64,000 bases of DNA, from IMG/VR virus record IMGVR_UViG_3300042013_000103. One strand, 5' to 3'. The notes beneath the pieces are model-generated. The model worked only from the letters and a program-made list of their open reading frames with translations, searched no databases and was not told where the DNA came from. The DNA is from a virus (Duplodnaviria; Caudoviricetes). The translations under genes and the position numbers were made by a program. This document shows positions 39,673 through 48,429 of the stretch, in pieces (within the stretch, counting starts at the first letter, position 1; the number at the start of each line of letters is the position of its first letter).

Positions 39673-40857
39673 TTAGCGGGCAGCCTTGGTAATCGCTTCC
39701 AACGTCTTGACGACCGCGGCGCGATCATCCGGAGACATGGCAGAGGAGATCACCAGCTTGTGGATCACGTTGGACATCTGGGCGTAGAAGTTGTAGTAGC
39801 ACACCACGTAACGCAGCTGTGCCCGTTCCATCTCCACGTAGCCTTGAATGATTTCGTCGGCCACGCCCAAGATGGCGGTCACCCGGGTGATCAGTTGCTT
39901 GACGTTGCTGACGTCTTGTTCGGATTCAAACGGCAAACGCTTCAGCTCTTCCAAGAACTTCACAGCCTGTTCGTAAACCAGCACGATACCTTCCACGTTC
40001 ACACGGGCTTTGGTGTCGAACTGCGGGGTGAACATCCAGAACTGGTTGTCGACCTTTTGCGTGAAGTAGCCGGGCTCCGGGTCCACGGTCAAGAACTCAC
40101 GCACTTGGACCACGGCTTGGCCCAACCCTTCTTCGATGTGCGCGAAGGTGTCGGGGTTGATCTGACCGTGCTTGGCTTCACCCAGAACGATCTTGAAGCG
40201 GGCTTCGAAGCGTTGCATGATCGTTTCCATCGACCGTCCGGTGTTGGTGATACGGGCGTTGCAGTCTAGGCACCCGAAGGCCGCTTTCTGGAACACGTTC
40301 TGCGGGAGCTTGTCCGACAGCATGACCAGGTTCGCCACTTCCAAGGATTCGGCCAACGTCTGCGGTTGGTAGATCAAGGGCAGCAGTTTAAACAGCTTGA
40401 CCATCTCCAGCACTTTGCCGCGGACGGTTTCGGTTTTCTCTTGGACGGCTTTGCGGCCGGACACCAGTTCTTTCAACCAACGCACCCCGTCCTTGTATAG
40501 CTTAATGCCCAGGTCGATGAGTTTGCGGATGATCTCTTTCACTTTGCCGACGAAAGATTCTTGGGCGATCTGGTGGTTGAGGAAACTGCGTTGCGGGGTG
40601 AACAACCCATGGTAGGCTTCCAAGCCCGTGGTGGTGGCCAGGTCCGGGAGCACGTCTTTCAACGACCCCACGATCTGCGCGACCGCTTCCACGTCAGCTT
40701 TGGAGATGCCTTCCTGACGGACGGTGTCCACCATGTCTTCCAACAACTCCACCGCGTCGATCACTTGGGTGGCCAGTTCCACGTTGGGTTGCAAGGCCGG
40801 GCCAGCCGCGACGTCGTTTTCGTTTACAGGAACACCGGTTCCGAGTACGTGGTCCAT
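39673..40857 (-). CDS. Internal head protein paralog (gp86-like)
   Basis: ATG 40857 with RBS AAGGGG; TTGLEAYHG motif shared with the 27414 ORF. Confidence 0.8.
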   Translation of the reverse strand: MDHVLGTGVPVNENDVAAGPALQPNVELATQVIDAVELLEDMVDTVRQEGISKADVEAVAQIVGSLKDVLPDLATTTGLEAYHGLFTPQRSFLNHQIAQESFVGKVKEIIRKLIDLGIKLYKDGVRWLKELVSGRKAVQEKTETVRGKVLEMVKLFKLLPLIYQPQTLAESLEVANLVMLSDKLPQNVFQKAAFGCLDCNARITNTGRSMETIMQRFEARFKIVLGEAKHGQINPDTFAHIEEGLGQAVVQVREFLTVDPEPGYFTQKVDNQFWMFTPQFDTKARVNVEGIVLVYEQAVKFLEELKRLPFESEQDVSNVKQLITRVTAILGVADEIIQGYVEMERAQLRYVVCYYNFYAQMSNVIHKLVISSAMSPDDRAAVVKTLEAITKAAR

Positions 40858-40867
40858 GGTGATCCCC

Positions 40868-41305
40868 TTAAGCGGCGCCGCTTTCAACCAGCAGTTTGCC
40901 GATGGCGGTTTGCGTTTGCATGAAGTCCGCACGGCTGGTGATGAAGTTCACCGCACCTTGTTCCTTGCGGGTCAGGTTTTCTTCGGTGACTTCACTGCAC
41001 AGGGCCGCGCAGATCAGTTCGGCACTGCAGCCGCCGTTCAGCAGTTCGTAACGGATGCGCAGCAGTTGACGCAGCAGTTCTTGGGCCTTGCGCGTGTCGA
41101 CCGAGGTGTGCTCGTTGACTTCGTTCAGCAGGTCCTTGAACGGTTTGACCTGGGTTTCGGCGAACTGGTCAGAGTTCATCGCCGGGTCGAGTTTGACGTG
41201 GAACGCAAAGGCGTTGGCCAAGTACATGGCCCGAGCCAAACGATCATCACCGTTGGGGGATTTGATTTCTTTCAAGACACGGGAAATAGGGAAACCGACA
41301 TTCAT
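40868..41305 (-). CDS. Virion protein (gp85-like)
   Basis: ATG 41305 with RBS GGAG. Confidence 0.75.
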   Translation of the reverse strand: MNVGFPISRVLKEIKSPNGDDRLARAMYLANAFAFHVKLDPAMNSDQFAETQVKPFKDLLNEVNEHTSVDTRKAQELLRQLLRIRYELLNGGCSAELICAALCSEVTEENLTRKEQGAVNFITSRADFMQTQTAIGKLLVESGAA

Positions 41306-41318
41306 GTTTAATGCTCCA

Positions 41319-42563
41319 TCAACGGGCAAGTTGTTTGAGTTGGTATGCTTGAACAAACATATCATTGTTTAGGAGGCCTTCGAGGGTCCGCTCTGTGGCT
41401 TCGTTCTGTTTGCCCTGACGGTAGTTAGGACGGAAGAAGTACAGCAGGCCATCGATCACGCCAGCGTGTTTGTTGTAAGTGTCCTCAATCACCGTCAACT
41501 GCTGGATGTCTTCCAGAATCGCGGGTTTGAGGGACGGGTCTTTCACGTTGCGGAGTTGGTTTACCAAATCCAACCGAATGCGGCGTGCGCGGTCTTTGGC
41601 GTGGTCGTATTTTTGCCCCAAGTCGGGGGCGAACAGGATCAGTCCCAGGACAAAAGGCGCCACCAGCAGATACCCCAACCCACGGACCACTTCCATTTTC
41701 CAGAAGTTCCCCACGGACTCGAAGTACCCGGGCACTTCCGCTTGGTCCACCCGGCTCAAGGCCAGCACCAGGTCTTTGCCAAAACCCAACCGACTGGGGA
41801 TCACGTCGGCCAATTGCTCGTCCCGGCGCAAATCGTTCTGGGTGGTGCCAAACAAATGTGGACGGGCCAACGTGCGCCACGACGACAGCACGGCCCGTCG
41901 GGTGTTCTCCACGGTGCGGTTGTGGATGAACTCGTTGCGCAAGGTCGGGTCTTGGATTTGTTTGGCAATCTGCGTGTGGTCGAGGATCTCGAGTTTGTAC
42001 ACGTTCGGCCGCTGACCCATCAACACTTCCGTGCCTTCGGTGAGCATGTAGTTCAACAGCACGTAATCGCCCATGGTGGCAAAGAAGTCAAACGCATGGG
42101 CGTACTCGTGCAGCAGCATCGCCGTGACTTCGCGGTCGGTGGTGTCCTCGAACGGACCCGCGAGGTAGGCGTAGGAGACGTGCAGCACGAACGGAAACTC
42201 GCGGGCAAACTTGCCCCCCACCACCATGCGATCCAGGTCCACCGTGAGCTCTTCGTACAGGCCCATCGACGACGTGACGTTGGTCTGTCCCAGCGCACCG
42301 GCTTGACGGGAACCGGAGTGCCCACTGATTGGGGCCAGTTGAATGGCCATGATGTTCTGCCGGGTTGTGTGCCACACCACCTCGATGGTGATCCCCCGGG
42401 AATTGAACAGGTCCACCAGTGTTTTGTTGGCCTTGGCGTCCAAGGTCTGGGTGGTGCGGTAGTGCGTCCGCAGGGCGGTCACGGCAGCCAGTACGTCAGC
42501 CCCAAACTGACGGTCCACGTTGACGTTCACGGCTTCCTTAGAAAGGGTAAAAGGGGCTTTCAT
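41319..42563 (-). CDS. Virion protein with zincin metallopeptidase motif (gp84-like)
   Basis: AMLLHEYAHAF (HExxH) plus downstream EQLAD...RLGFGKDLVLAL; hydrophobic segment near the C-terminus. Confidence 0.75.
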   Translation of the reverse strand: MKAPFTLSKEAVNVNVDRQFGADVLAAVTALRTHYRTTQTLDAKANKTLVDLFNSRGITIEVVWHTTRQNIMAIQLAPISGHSGSRQAGALGQTNVTSSMGLYEELTVDLDRMVVGGKFAREFPFVLHVSYAYLAGPFEDTTDREVTAMLLHEYAHAFDFFATMGDYVLLNYMLTEGTEVLMGQRPNVYKLEILDHTQIAKQIQDPTLRNEFIHNRTVENTRRAVLSSWRTLARPHLFGTTQNDLRRDEQLADVIPSRLGFGKDLVLALSRVDQAEVPGYFESVGNFWKMEVVRGLGYLLVAPFVLGLILFAPDLGQKYDHAKDRARRIRLDLVNQLRNVKDPSLKPAILEDIQQLTVIEDTYNKHAGVIDGLLYFFRPNYRQGKQNEATERTLEGLLNNDMFVQAYQLKQLAR

Positions 42564-42588
42564 TGTAACCGTCCTTTAGTGGGTTAAT

Positions 42589-42600
42589 GGAATCATAAGA
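42589..42600 (-). promoter_or_regulatory. Putative late promoter (TCTTATGATTCC)
   Basis: Identical to 24189-24200; ~30 nt upstream of the start. Confidence 0.55.
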
Positions 42601-42666
42601 ATAGGGTGGCGCAGTTCTACTAGGGGGTCTAATGGTACATGATGGATTTGATTATTTGGGGCTAAC

Positions 42667-44415
42667 ATGACCGACCTAAGCTACACCAAGGCAGACGTAC
42701 TGGGGATCGAAGCAAAGCACATCACCTACGTCACCGACCAGTATGGCAAATACGACGACGCCCATGTCGTGAAAGAAATCATTCACTTGAAAGACGGTCG
42801 GAAAATCCCCAACCTCAAAGTGATCACCAACTACGAGCGGCCATTTTGGGTCACCGAGAAAGGGCGGCAGAACCACACCGAGAAGAAAGATTATGAGTAC
42901 GTCGCTAACACTCGCAAATACATGTCTACTCAAATCAACCTCAGCCGTTCCATTGCACGGGTACTGGGCGATTACAGCATGGGCCCCAACCCACGTTTAC
43001 GACAGTTGGCTCGCAGTCCTTTCCTTTACGGTTCAGACGTGTCGGGCGGTGCTTGTTTAAAGAACGCTTACCGTAAGCGGTGCCCGGACTTGATCTCGAA
43101 GAACACCGTGGCCGGTGGCGACATCGAAACCAACGTTTACGAGGCCGACAAAGACGGGCAGATCATCTGCATGTCCGTGACGTACAAGACCAAAGTGTTC
43201 CTGGCGTACTACAAAGGCTGGATCAAGGACATCCCGGACGTCGTCGAGCAAACGCACAAACTGGCCACGGAAGTGCCGGAGCTCAAAGAACTGATTGAGA
43301 AGCGGGGGTTGGTGCTGGAAGTGGTGGTGTGTGACACCCCTGCCCAAGTGGCGATCGACTGCATCGCGAAGCTGCACGAATGGAAACCGGACTTCTTCTC
43401 GTTCTGGAACATGGACTTCGACATTAGTCGCATCCTGAAGAACCTGAACCAATACGGCGTGGACCCGAAAGATGTGTTCTCGGACCAGTCCGTACCGAAG
43501 AACTTCCGCTACTTCGACTACAACCAAGCGCAAGCCAAGACCACCACCGCATCGGGCGTGACCAAGTCCAAGTCGATGGAGGAACTGTGGAACTGGGTGA
43601 CCACACCGGCACACTTCCAGTGCATCGACGCCATGTCGATTTACCGGGCATTGCGGATTGCGAAAGGCAAGGAACCTTCTTATGCCCTGGACCGTATCCT
43701 CAAGAAAGAACTGAAGATCAGCAAGCTGAAGTTTCCGGGGGCTGAACACCTCACCGGCATCGACTGGCACAAATACATGCAGACCGAACAGAAAGTGTTC
43801 TACGGTTTGTACAACATCGTCGACAGCATCCGTCTGGAACAACTGGACGAACACGTCAACGACCTGTCGTCGTCGATCACGATGTTTTCCAAGTACTCGG
43901 ACTTCAAGAACTTCAACTCTAACCCGAAGCGGCTGTGCGACGACATGCATTTCTGGTACCTGGCCCGTCCAGAACCCCGCGTGATCGGTTCCTCGTCGGA
44001 CAAAATGGTGCACGACCTCGACCGTTACGTGATCGGGCACGAGGATTGGATCACGACCTTGCCATCGTACATGGCAGGGCCCAACGGCATGGCATGCATT
44101 AAAGGCTTCCCCGGGTACGGGTCACTGATCTGGTCGCACGTGGCCGACTTGGACATTGTGTCGACGTACCCGACCGTGTCGCAGAACTTGAACATCGCCC
44201 GGGAAACCGTGGTGATGGAGTTCGGGCAGATGAAAGGGATTCCGGAAGTCTGGCGCCGAGAAGTCGGGGTGAACTTAACCGGGGGTCGGACCAACGCCGT
44301 GGAGATCTGTCAGAAGATTCTGAAAGGCCCTTCCATGGACCAGTTGCTGAAGAACTACCTGGCTATGAAAGCAGGGGCACCGATGGAGGCACAACCGTCT
44401 AGTCTGGGAAAGTAG
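42667..44415 (+). CDS. polB: Split family-B DNA polymerase, 3'-5' exonuclease / N-terminal subunit (phiKZ gp82-like)
   Basis: ExoI GDIET, ExoII FWNMDFDI, ExoIII YNIVDS, PolB motif A DLDIVSTYP near the C-terminus; motifs B and C absent. Confidence 0.9.
   Translation: MTDLSYTKADVLGIEAKHITYVTDQYGKYDDAHVVKEIIHLKDGRKIPNLKVITNYERPFWVTEKGRQNHTEKKDYEYVANTRKYMSTQINLSRSIARVLGDYSMGPNPRLRQLARSPFLYGSDVSGGACLKNAYRKRCPDLISKNTVAGGDIETNVYEADKDGQIICMSVTYKTKVFLAYYKGWIKDIPDVVEQTHKLATEVPELKELIEKRGLVLEVVVCDTPAQVAIDCIAKLHEWKPDFFSFWNMDFDISRILKNLNQYGVDPKDVFSDQSVPKNFRYFDYNQAQAKTTTASGVTKSKSMEELWNWVTTPAHFQCIDAMSIYRALRIAKGKEPSYALDRILKKELKISKLKFPGAEHLTGIDWHKYMQTEQKVFYGLYNIVDSIRLEQLDEHVNDLSSSITMFSKYSDFKNFNSNPKRLCDDMHFWYLARPEPRVIGSSSDKMVHDLDRYVIGHEDWITTLPSYMAGPNGMACIKGFPGYGSLIWSHVADLDIVSTYPTVSQNLNIARETVVMEFGQMKGIPEVWRREVGVNLTGGRTNAVEICQKILKGPSMDQLLKNYLAMKAGAPMEAQPSSLGK
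44406..44412 (+). other. Candidate -1 programmed ribosomal frameshift site (G GGA AAG)
   Basis: X XXY YYZ heptamer in correct phase, immediately before the polymerase TAG; -1 frame closed by TAG at 44400 and open to 44792. Confidence 0.6.
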
Positions 44416-44792
44416 TTTACCGGTGGAAGCGCTACGACGGCTATGAGTGTTCGAGTAAAGGGGACACGCGTTACAGTGCCCTCTTTGCGGTGCTGCCTGA
44501 CGGACGGACGATCGAGGAAGCGTACCAATTGGATTGCAAGGGGTGGCGCTCAGAGAGCAATGACTGGCGCTATGGCAAAGGAAAGCCTCCCAAAGACACC
44601 TCCGTCGACCTGTGGGCCGAGTACAAGCAACTCTGGAACACGTGGGCCGATGCCAACCCCGAGCTGCTGCAAGAGCTGGCCACCACGGCGAAGGAATACC
44701 ACGACTGCACCTTGTCGGACATGTTCGCCTCCACTGACATATCCCAAGCCAGAGCCCTGGCGGAGATCTTGAATGAACGCGCTGTCGTTTGA
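44412..44792 (+). CDS. NADAR-like ADP-ribose glycohydrolase domain (5' end reached only by frameshift or non-canonical start)
   Basis: In-frame VVYRWKRYDGYECSSKGDTRYSALFAVLPDGRTIEEAYQLDCKG...LSDMFASTDISQARALAEIL. Motif spacing (E.S(S/T)K..S(A), E.AYQ..K, D...QAR) recalls DarT1-associated NADARs. Confidence 0.65.
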   Translation, partial: VVYRWKRYDGYECSSKGDTRYSALFAVLPDGRTIEEAYQLDCKGWRSESNDWRYGKGKPPKDTSVDLWAEYKQLWNTWADANPELLQELATTAKEYHDCTLSDMFASTDISQARALAEILNERAVV

Positions 44793-44804
44793 AGGGGACT
44801 TAAG

Positions 44805-45161
44805 ATGAACCTGACTCAATGGTTGTTGGTCAAGCTGGCGGAAGAAGCCAATGAGATGGGCAAGGAAGCTCTAAAGGGCAGTCAGTTTGGGTTGGATTCC
44901 GATTTTCAAGGGACCACCAACGCAGAGTTGATCACCAAGGAGTACAACGACCTCAGGGCCGTCATTGGGTTTGGAACCCTGTTGAATAACCAGAGTCATT
45001 TTGCCAAGTTATTCAGTGATCTTCCTGATGCGGTGTTTTGGCCCCGGGCTTACAAGCTGAGCCACTACGCCTTGCAGTCGCACCGCATTGGTTTACTGAC
45101 CTTAAGCGAAGAGCAACTACGTCAACTGGAAGGCTACGCCAAACAACACCCCGTCAGTTAA
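44805..45161 (+). CDS. MazG-like nucleotide pyrophosphohydrolase
   Basis: LVKLAEEANE...K...FG...NAELITKEYNDL fits the EExxE...ExxD metal-binding pattern; RBS AAGGGG. Confidence 0.7.
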   Translation: MNLTQWLLVKLAEEANEMGKEALKGSQFGLDSDFQGTTNAELITKEYNDLRAVIGFGTLLNNQSHFAKLFSDLPDAVFWPRAYKLSHYALQSHRIGLLTLSEEQLRQLEGYAKQHPVS

Positions 45162-45162
45162 A

Positions 45163-45200
45163 GGCATAATTGGCTTCCCCTAGGGGAAGCCAATATGTCG
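45163..45200. terminator. Bidirectional hairpin terminator
   Basis: GGCATAA-TTGGCTTCCCC-ta-GGGGAAGCCAA-TATGTC. Confidence 0.8.
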
Positions 45201-45202
45201 TC

Positions 45203-46405
45203 TTAAGGTACCAGTTCCAACACAGGACGCCAACCGTAGCCGGTTGCTGTGGAGTTGACTGGCTGATACCACATGCCGTCAATCGTCGGGTAACCAGGGG
45301 CACAGTGACCGCCAGAGGTACTCGCTTCTTGGCAAGTGGTCAGCTGGCCATTGGTAGACCCGCCATCAACACCCAGTTGTGCTGGAGTGTAGGTGCCGTG
45401 GACTGCGTTGGTCAGGCCGACCATGTAGTTGAGCCACTCTCGCCCGATCGCACTGCCGGGGGACGCGGTGGAACCCAACATCAAACGCACTTTGAACGTC
45501 CGCCCACCGATGACCACCGTGGTGTTGCCGGTCACCAGGTTTGCGGTATTCAACTGCTCCCAGCTGATGCCAATGCGAATTGGCAGTTTAGGGAAGTAGA
45601 TTTCTTTACCGGCGTCGATGAAGTGCATCCATGGCGAAGCCGTGTTAATCGAAGCCCCTGCCGTCAGGTTCACGGCGGTGGCCAACGCTTCAGGGGTGAT
45701 GAACGAGGCTGCCGCCACCTCCCCTTGGAACGGAGTCACGGGCAGCGTGGATTTCACAATGACCATCGGTCGCCAGCCGTTGTGGAAGTCCACTTGAGAG
45801 GGGATGTTGTACCACACTCCCATGATGTTCGGATTGGAGTTGGCACTGTAGCCCCGGACGTAGTGACCACGGCTTTCGGCTTCCAAGCACACCGTGGTGG
45901 ACCCGTTCGCGGTCGTGGCTGCATCTGCACTGATGCCCAGCATCTCATCGGTGTAATCGCTCCAATGGGGCGTGTCCCCCGGCAAGGAACCCCGGTAGAT
46001 GCCTCCGTAGATCGGGTACAGGAAGTTGTTCCAATCCCCACCGGCGTTGCTGTCGGTTGCTCCCGTGGATGGGTTAGCCGCGCCGGTCATGAAATGCACC
46101 ACGTGGTCCTCGCCGTTGATGGAAATAGTCTTCCCTGCTTGGGCGGTGTTGATTTGTTCCCACGAGAGATTATAGCGGAGGGTCTTACGGGCTAAGTAAA
46201 ACTCCAGTCCCTCGAGGGTGATGTAGTGCAACCACCCCACGTCCGAGTTGTGTACGCTGCCGGCAGTCAGGTTCAGTTCAGCGGCCAAGTCCGTCGCTGT
46301 GATGAAGTCCTCGTTGGACACATAGCCTTTGAACACGGTGTTGTCTAATACGGGTGGTGGTTCCCACGGTGCCCCTGACAGGGAACTCAACATGATCTCA
46401 AACAT
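45203..46405 (-). CDS. Putative virion structural protein with tandem duplicated domain
   Basis: Two repeats of G.V....FIT...LA..(L/V)NLTAG...N....W.H...R..(L/I)SWEQ(I/L)N. Confidence 0.75.
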   Translation of the reverse strand: MFEIMLSSLSGAPWEPPPVLDNTVFKGYVSNEDFITATDLAAELNLTAGSVHNSDVGWLHYITLEGLEFYLARKTLRYNLSWEQINTAQAGKTISINGEDHVVHFMTGAANPSTGATDSNAGGDWNNFLYPIYGGIYRGSLPGDTPHWSDYTDEMLGISADAATTANGSTTVCLEAESRGHYVRGYSANSNPNIMGVWYNIPSQVDFHNGWRPMVIVKSTLPVTPFQGEVAAASFITPEALATAVNLTAGASINTASPWMHFIDAGKEIYFPKLPIRIGISWEQLNTANLVTGNTTVVIGGRTFKVRLMLGSTASPGSAIGREWLNYMVGLTNAVHGTYTPAQLGVDGGSTNGQLTTCQEASTSGGHCAPGYPTIDGMWYQPVNSTATGYGWRPVLELVP

Positions 46406-46446
46406 ATTCCACCTGGTCGATATAAGTTACTAACACATGATAAAGC

Positions 46447-46482
46447 GGCATAAAACCCATCCCTGGCTAGAAGGATGGGTTA
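46447..46482 (-). terminator. Hairpin with GGCATAAAA flank
   Basis: AACCCATCC...GGATGGGTT. Confidence 0.7.
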
Positions 46483-46485
46483 GAG

Positions 46486-47937
46486 TTACGCGAGGGTGGT
46501 GAAGTACTCGATCACGAACGCTTGGCGGGCGTGTGGCAGTTTGCTCACGTAGGCCGCGATGTCACACTGGGTACGGACCAGCTTGTTCGGGTCAGTGAAG
46601 ATGTGGAACAGTTCCAGGAGTTGAATGTGCGACTCTTGGACCTGACCTTCCACACGCAGACCACCGGTGAAACGGTAGATGTAGGTGTGGGAGAACATGC
46701 CACCGCGGTGCTTGGCAACGAAGTCCAGCAGGATCGACATGCCGCTGACGAAACCTTTCGGGTCTTCGATGTTGATCACGTAACGCAGGACGTCGTCCAG
46801 TTTGCGCTGGGCTTTCACGCCGGTATCAAAGGACACTGGGTGGTTAACACCGCACGTGCTGGCGTAGAAGTCCAGCAGGGTTTGAATGTAGGTGAGGTTC
46901 ATGTTGGACAAGCCTTCGTAAGTTTGGGCGGTGATGCCAATGGACTCAACCGGGGCCACAACGGCCTTGGCCGCCGGGGCGGTCGCTTTGGCACGCGGCT
47001 CGGTTGGCAGGGTAGACGGCTGAGGGGCGCTGGTCAGCTTGACGTAGTGCGCTTTAACGGCTTCAGGGGATGCGTCGCACTTGTAGTCGAAACGACGTAC
47101 CACTTCCACGGCCAGCTTCTGTACGGTGGCCACAGCGCCTTCTGGCGACACGATCGAATTCGCCAACCATGCGGTCAGTTCCGCATCGGTCCAGTCTTCG
47201 GCAGGGCGGGTCAGTCGGGTGAGGTCTTCAACCCACACGTCCGGAGCGGCTTGAGGGGGCACGATCCCCATACGCACGTATTCCACGACGCTGCGGGTGT
47301 TCCAGGCGGCCGGCACGATTTCGACTTGACGGAGTTGGGTCACCAGGTCAGTGTGGTGGGTTTCGTCGTATTCGGCGAAGTCACCGTTGAGGGCGTCGAT
47401 CAGCTCGTCTTTGGTGAGCTCACGGCGTGCACGGCTCGGGTCGACCACGCGGTTGCCATGACGGGTCACGCCATGCAGGACGCCATCAGCGGCCAGGTAC
47501 GCTTTGACTTCGTCGTCGGTCCAGTCTTCAGGCAGGCCCAAGGTCGCACGGGTCGCAACCACGTCCACTTCCACCACCGCAGGGGCAGCAGGGGCGGTGT
47601 CGTAGATATCGGCGGTGCCGATCAGTTTCTCGGCTTGGTTCTCGGCCGGGGTTTGGTCTTCGAACGTGATGGCTTCCACCGCACTGTCCACTTGCGGCAC
47701 GGTGCTCTCGTCAGTGGCCTTGGCAGTGAAACCTTCTTTGATCAGTTGACCGACGCGAACCTTCAGGTCCGACACAGTACGGCCTTTGCCACCTTTGGTG
47801 TGGAACAGGTTGTAATCCGCTTTGGACAGCGCAGGGTCCACCAGTGTTTTGGCAATCGCATTGCCGTCAGCAGCCAGCAGAATAGTGGCGGCATCGCTGC
47901 CCACCAGTTGCGACAACAACGTTTCTACGTTCGACAT
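46486..47937 (-). CDS. Conserved hypothetical protein (483 aa)
   Basis: Strong codon bias; repeated EDWT motifs; RBS AAGGA. Confidence 0.8.
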   Translation of the reverse strand: MSNVETLLSQLVGSDAATILLAADGNAIAKTLVDPALSKADYNLFHTKGGKGRTVSDLKVRVGQLIKEGFTAKATDESTVPQVDSAVEAITFEDQTPAENQAEKLIGTADIYDTAPAAPAVVEVDVVATRATLGLPEDWTDDEVKAYLAADGVLHGVTRHGNRVVDPSRARRELTKDELIDALNGDFAEYDETHHTDLVTQLRQVEIVPAAWNTRSVVEYVRMGIVPPQAAPDVWVEDLTRLTRPAEDWTDAELTAWLANSIVSPEGAVATVQKLAVEVVRRFDYKCDASPEAVKAHYVKLTSAPQPSTLPTEPRAKATAPAAKAVVAPVESIGITAQTYEGLSNMNLTYIQTLLDFYASTCGVNHPVSFDTGVKAQRKLDDVLRYVINIEDPKGFVSGMSILLDFVAKHRGGMFSHTYIYRFTGGLRVEGQVQESHIQLLELFHIFTDPNKLVRTQCDIAAYVSKLPHARQAFVIEYFTTLA

Positions 47938-47991
47938 GGGTATTTCCTTTGGTTAACAAATAGAGTACAGATTATTGTACTGTTAAGTAAT

Positions 47992-48342
47992 TCAGAAAGG
48001 GTAACGCTCTGGGTCGCGGTAATCGATCCCGGCGGCTTGGCACACTTGTTTTAACCGAACAATCTCACGTTCGAGGCGAGCATGCTCCACCTGAGCCGCA
48101 TTGTAATAGTCCTTCCCCACGTTGGTTGGGTTAAACACCCCCTTCCAGTGATCGGAGCGTTCCTGAAAGATTTCATAGAAGGACGTGTCCGTGGGGTCGC
48201 CCTGCGTGCTGATGTAACTGGCCGCATGCGCCAAATCATAGGCGCACCGACGCCCGGCTTTGATCAGCATTTCATTGATTGCCCGCAGTTCCCGAGTGGG
48301 CATGTTGTAACGCAGCCACTTACGTCTTAACCAATTGATCAT
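47992..48342 (-). CDS. Conserved hypothetical protein
   Basis: 116 aa with RBS GGAGG. Confidence 0.75.
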   Translation of the reverse strand: MINWLRRKWLRYNMPTRELRAINEMLIKAGRRCAYDLAHAASYISTQGDPTDTSFYEIFQERSDHWKGVFNPTNVGKDYYNAAQVEHARLEREIVRLKQVCQAAGIDYRDPERYPF

Positions 48343-48429
48343 CTTAAACCCTCCTAGTGAACATAAAGCTTCCCCGGCTGTTATCCCAGGGAAGCCGTCT
48401 GTATTATTAGCCCAGCGTGTAAAGTTTGG

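Noticed and set aside
44443-44772. 109-aa ATG-started ORF after the polymerase
   Set aside because: Arg/Pro/Thr-rich, frame-shadow composition and no RBS. The overlapping frame (44412-44792) carries the recognisable motifs.
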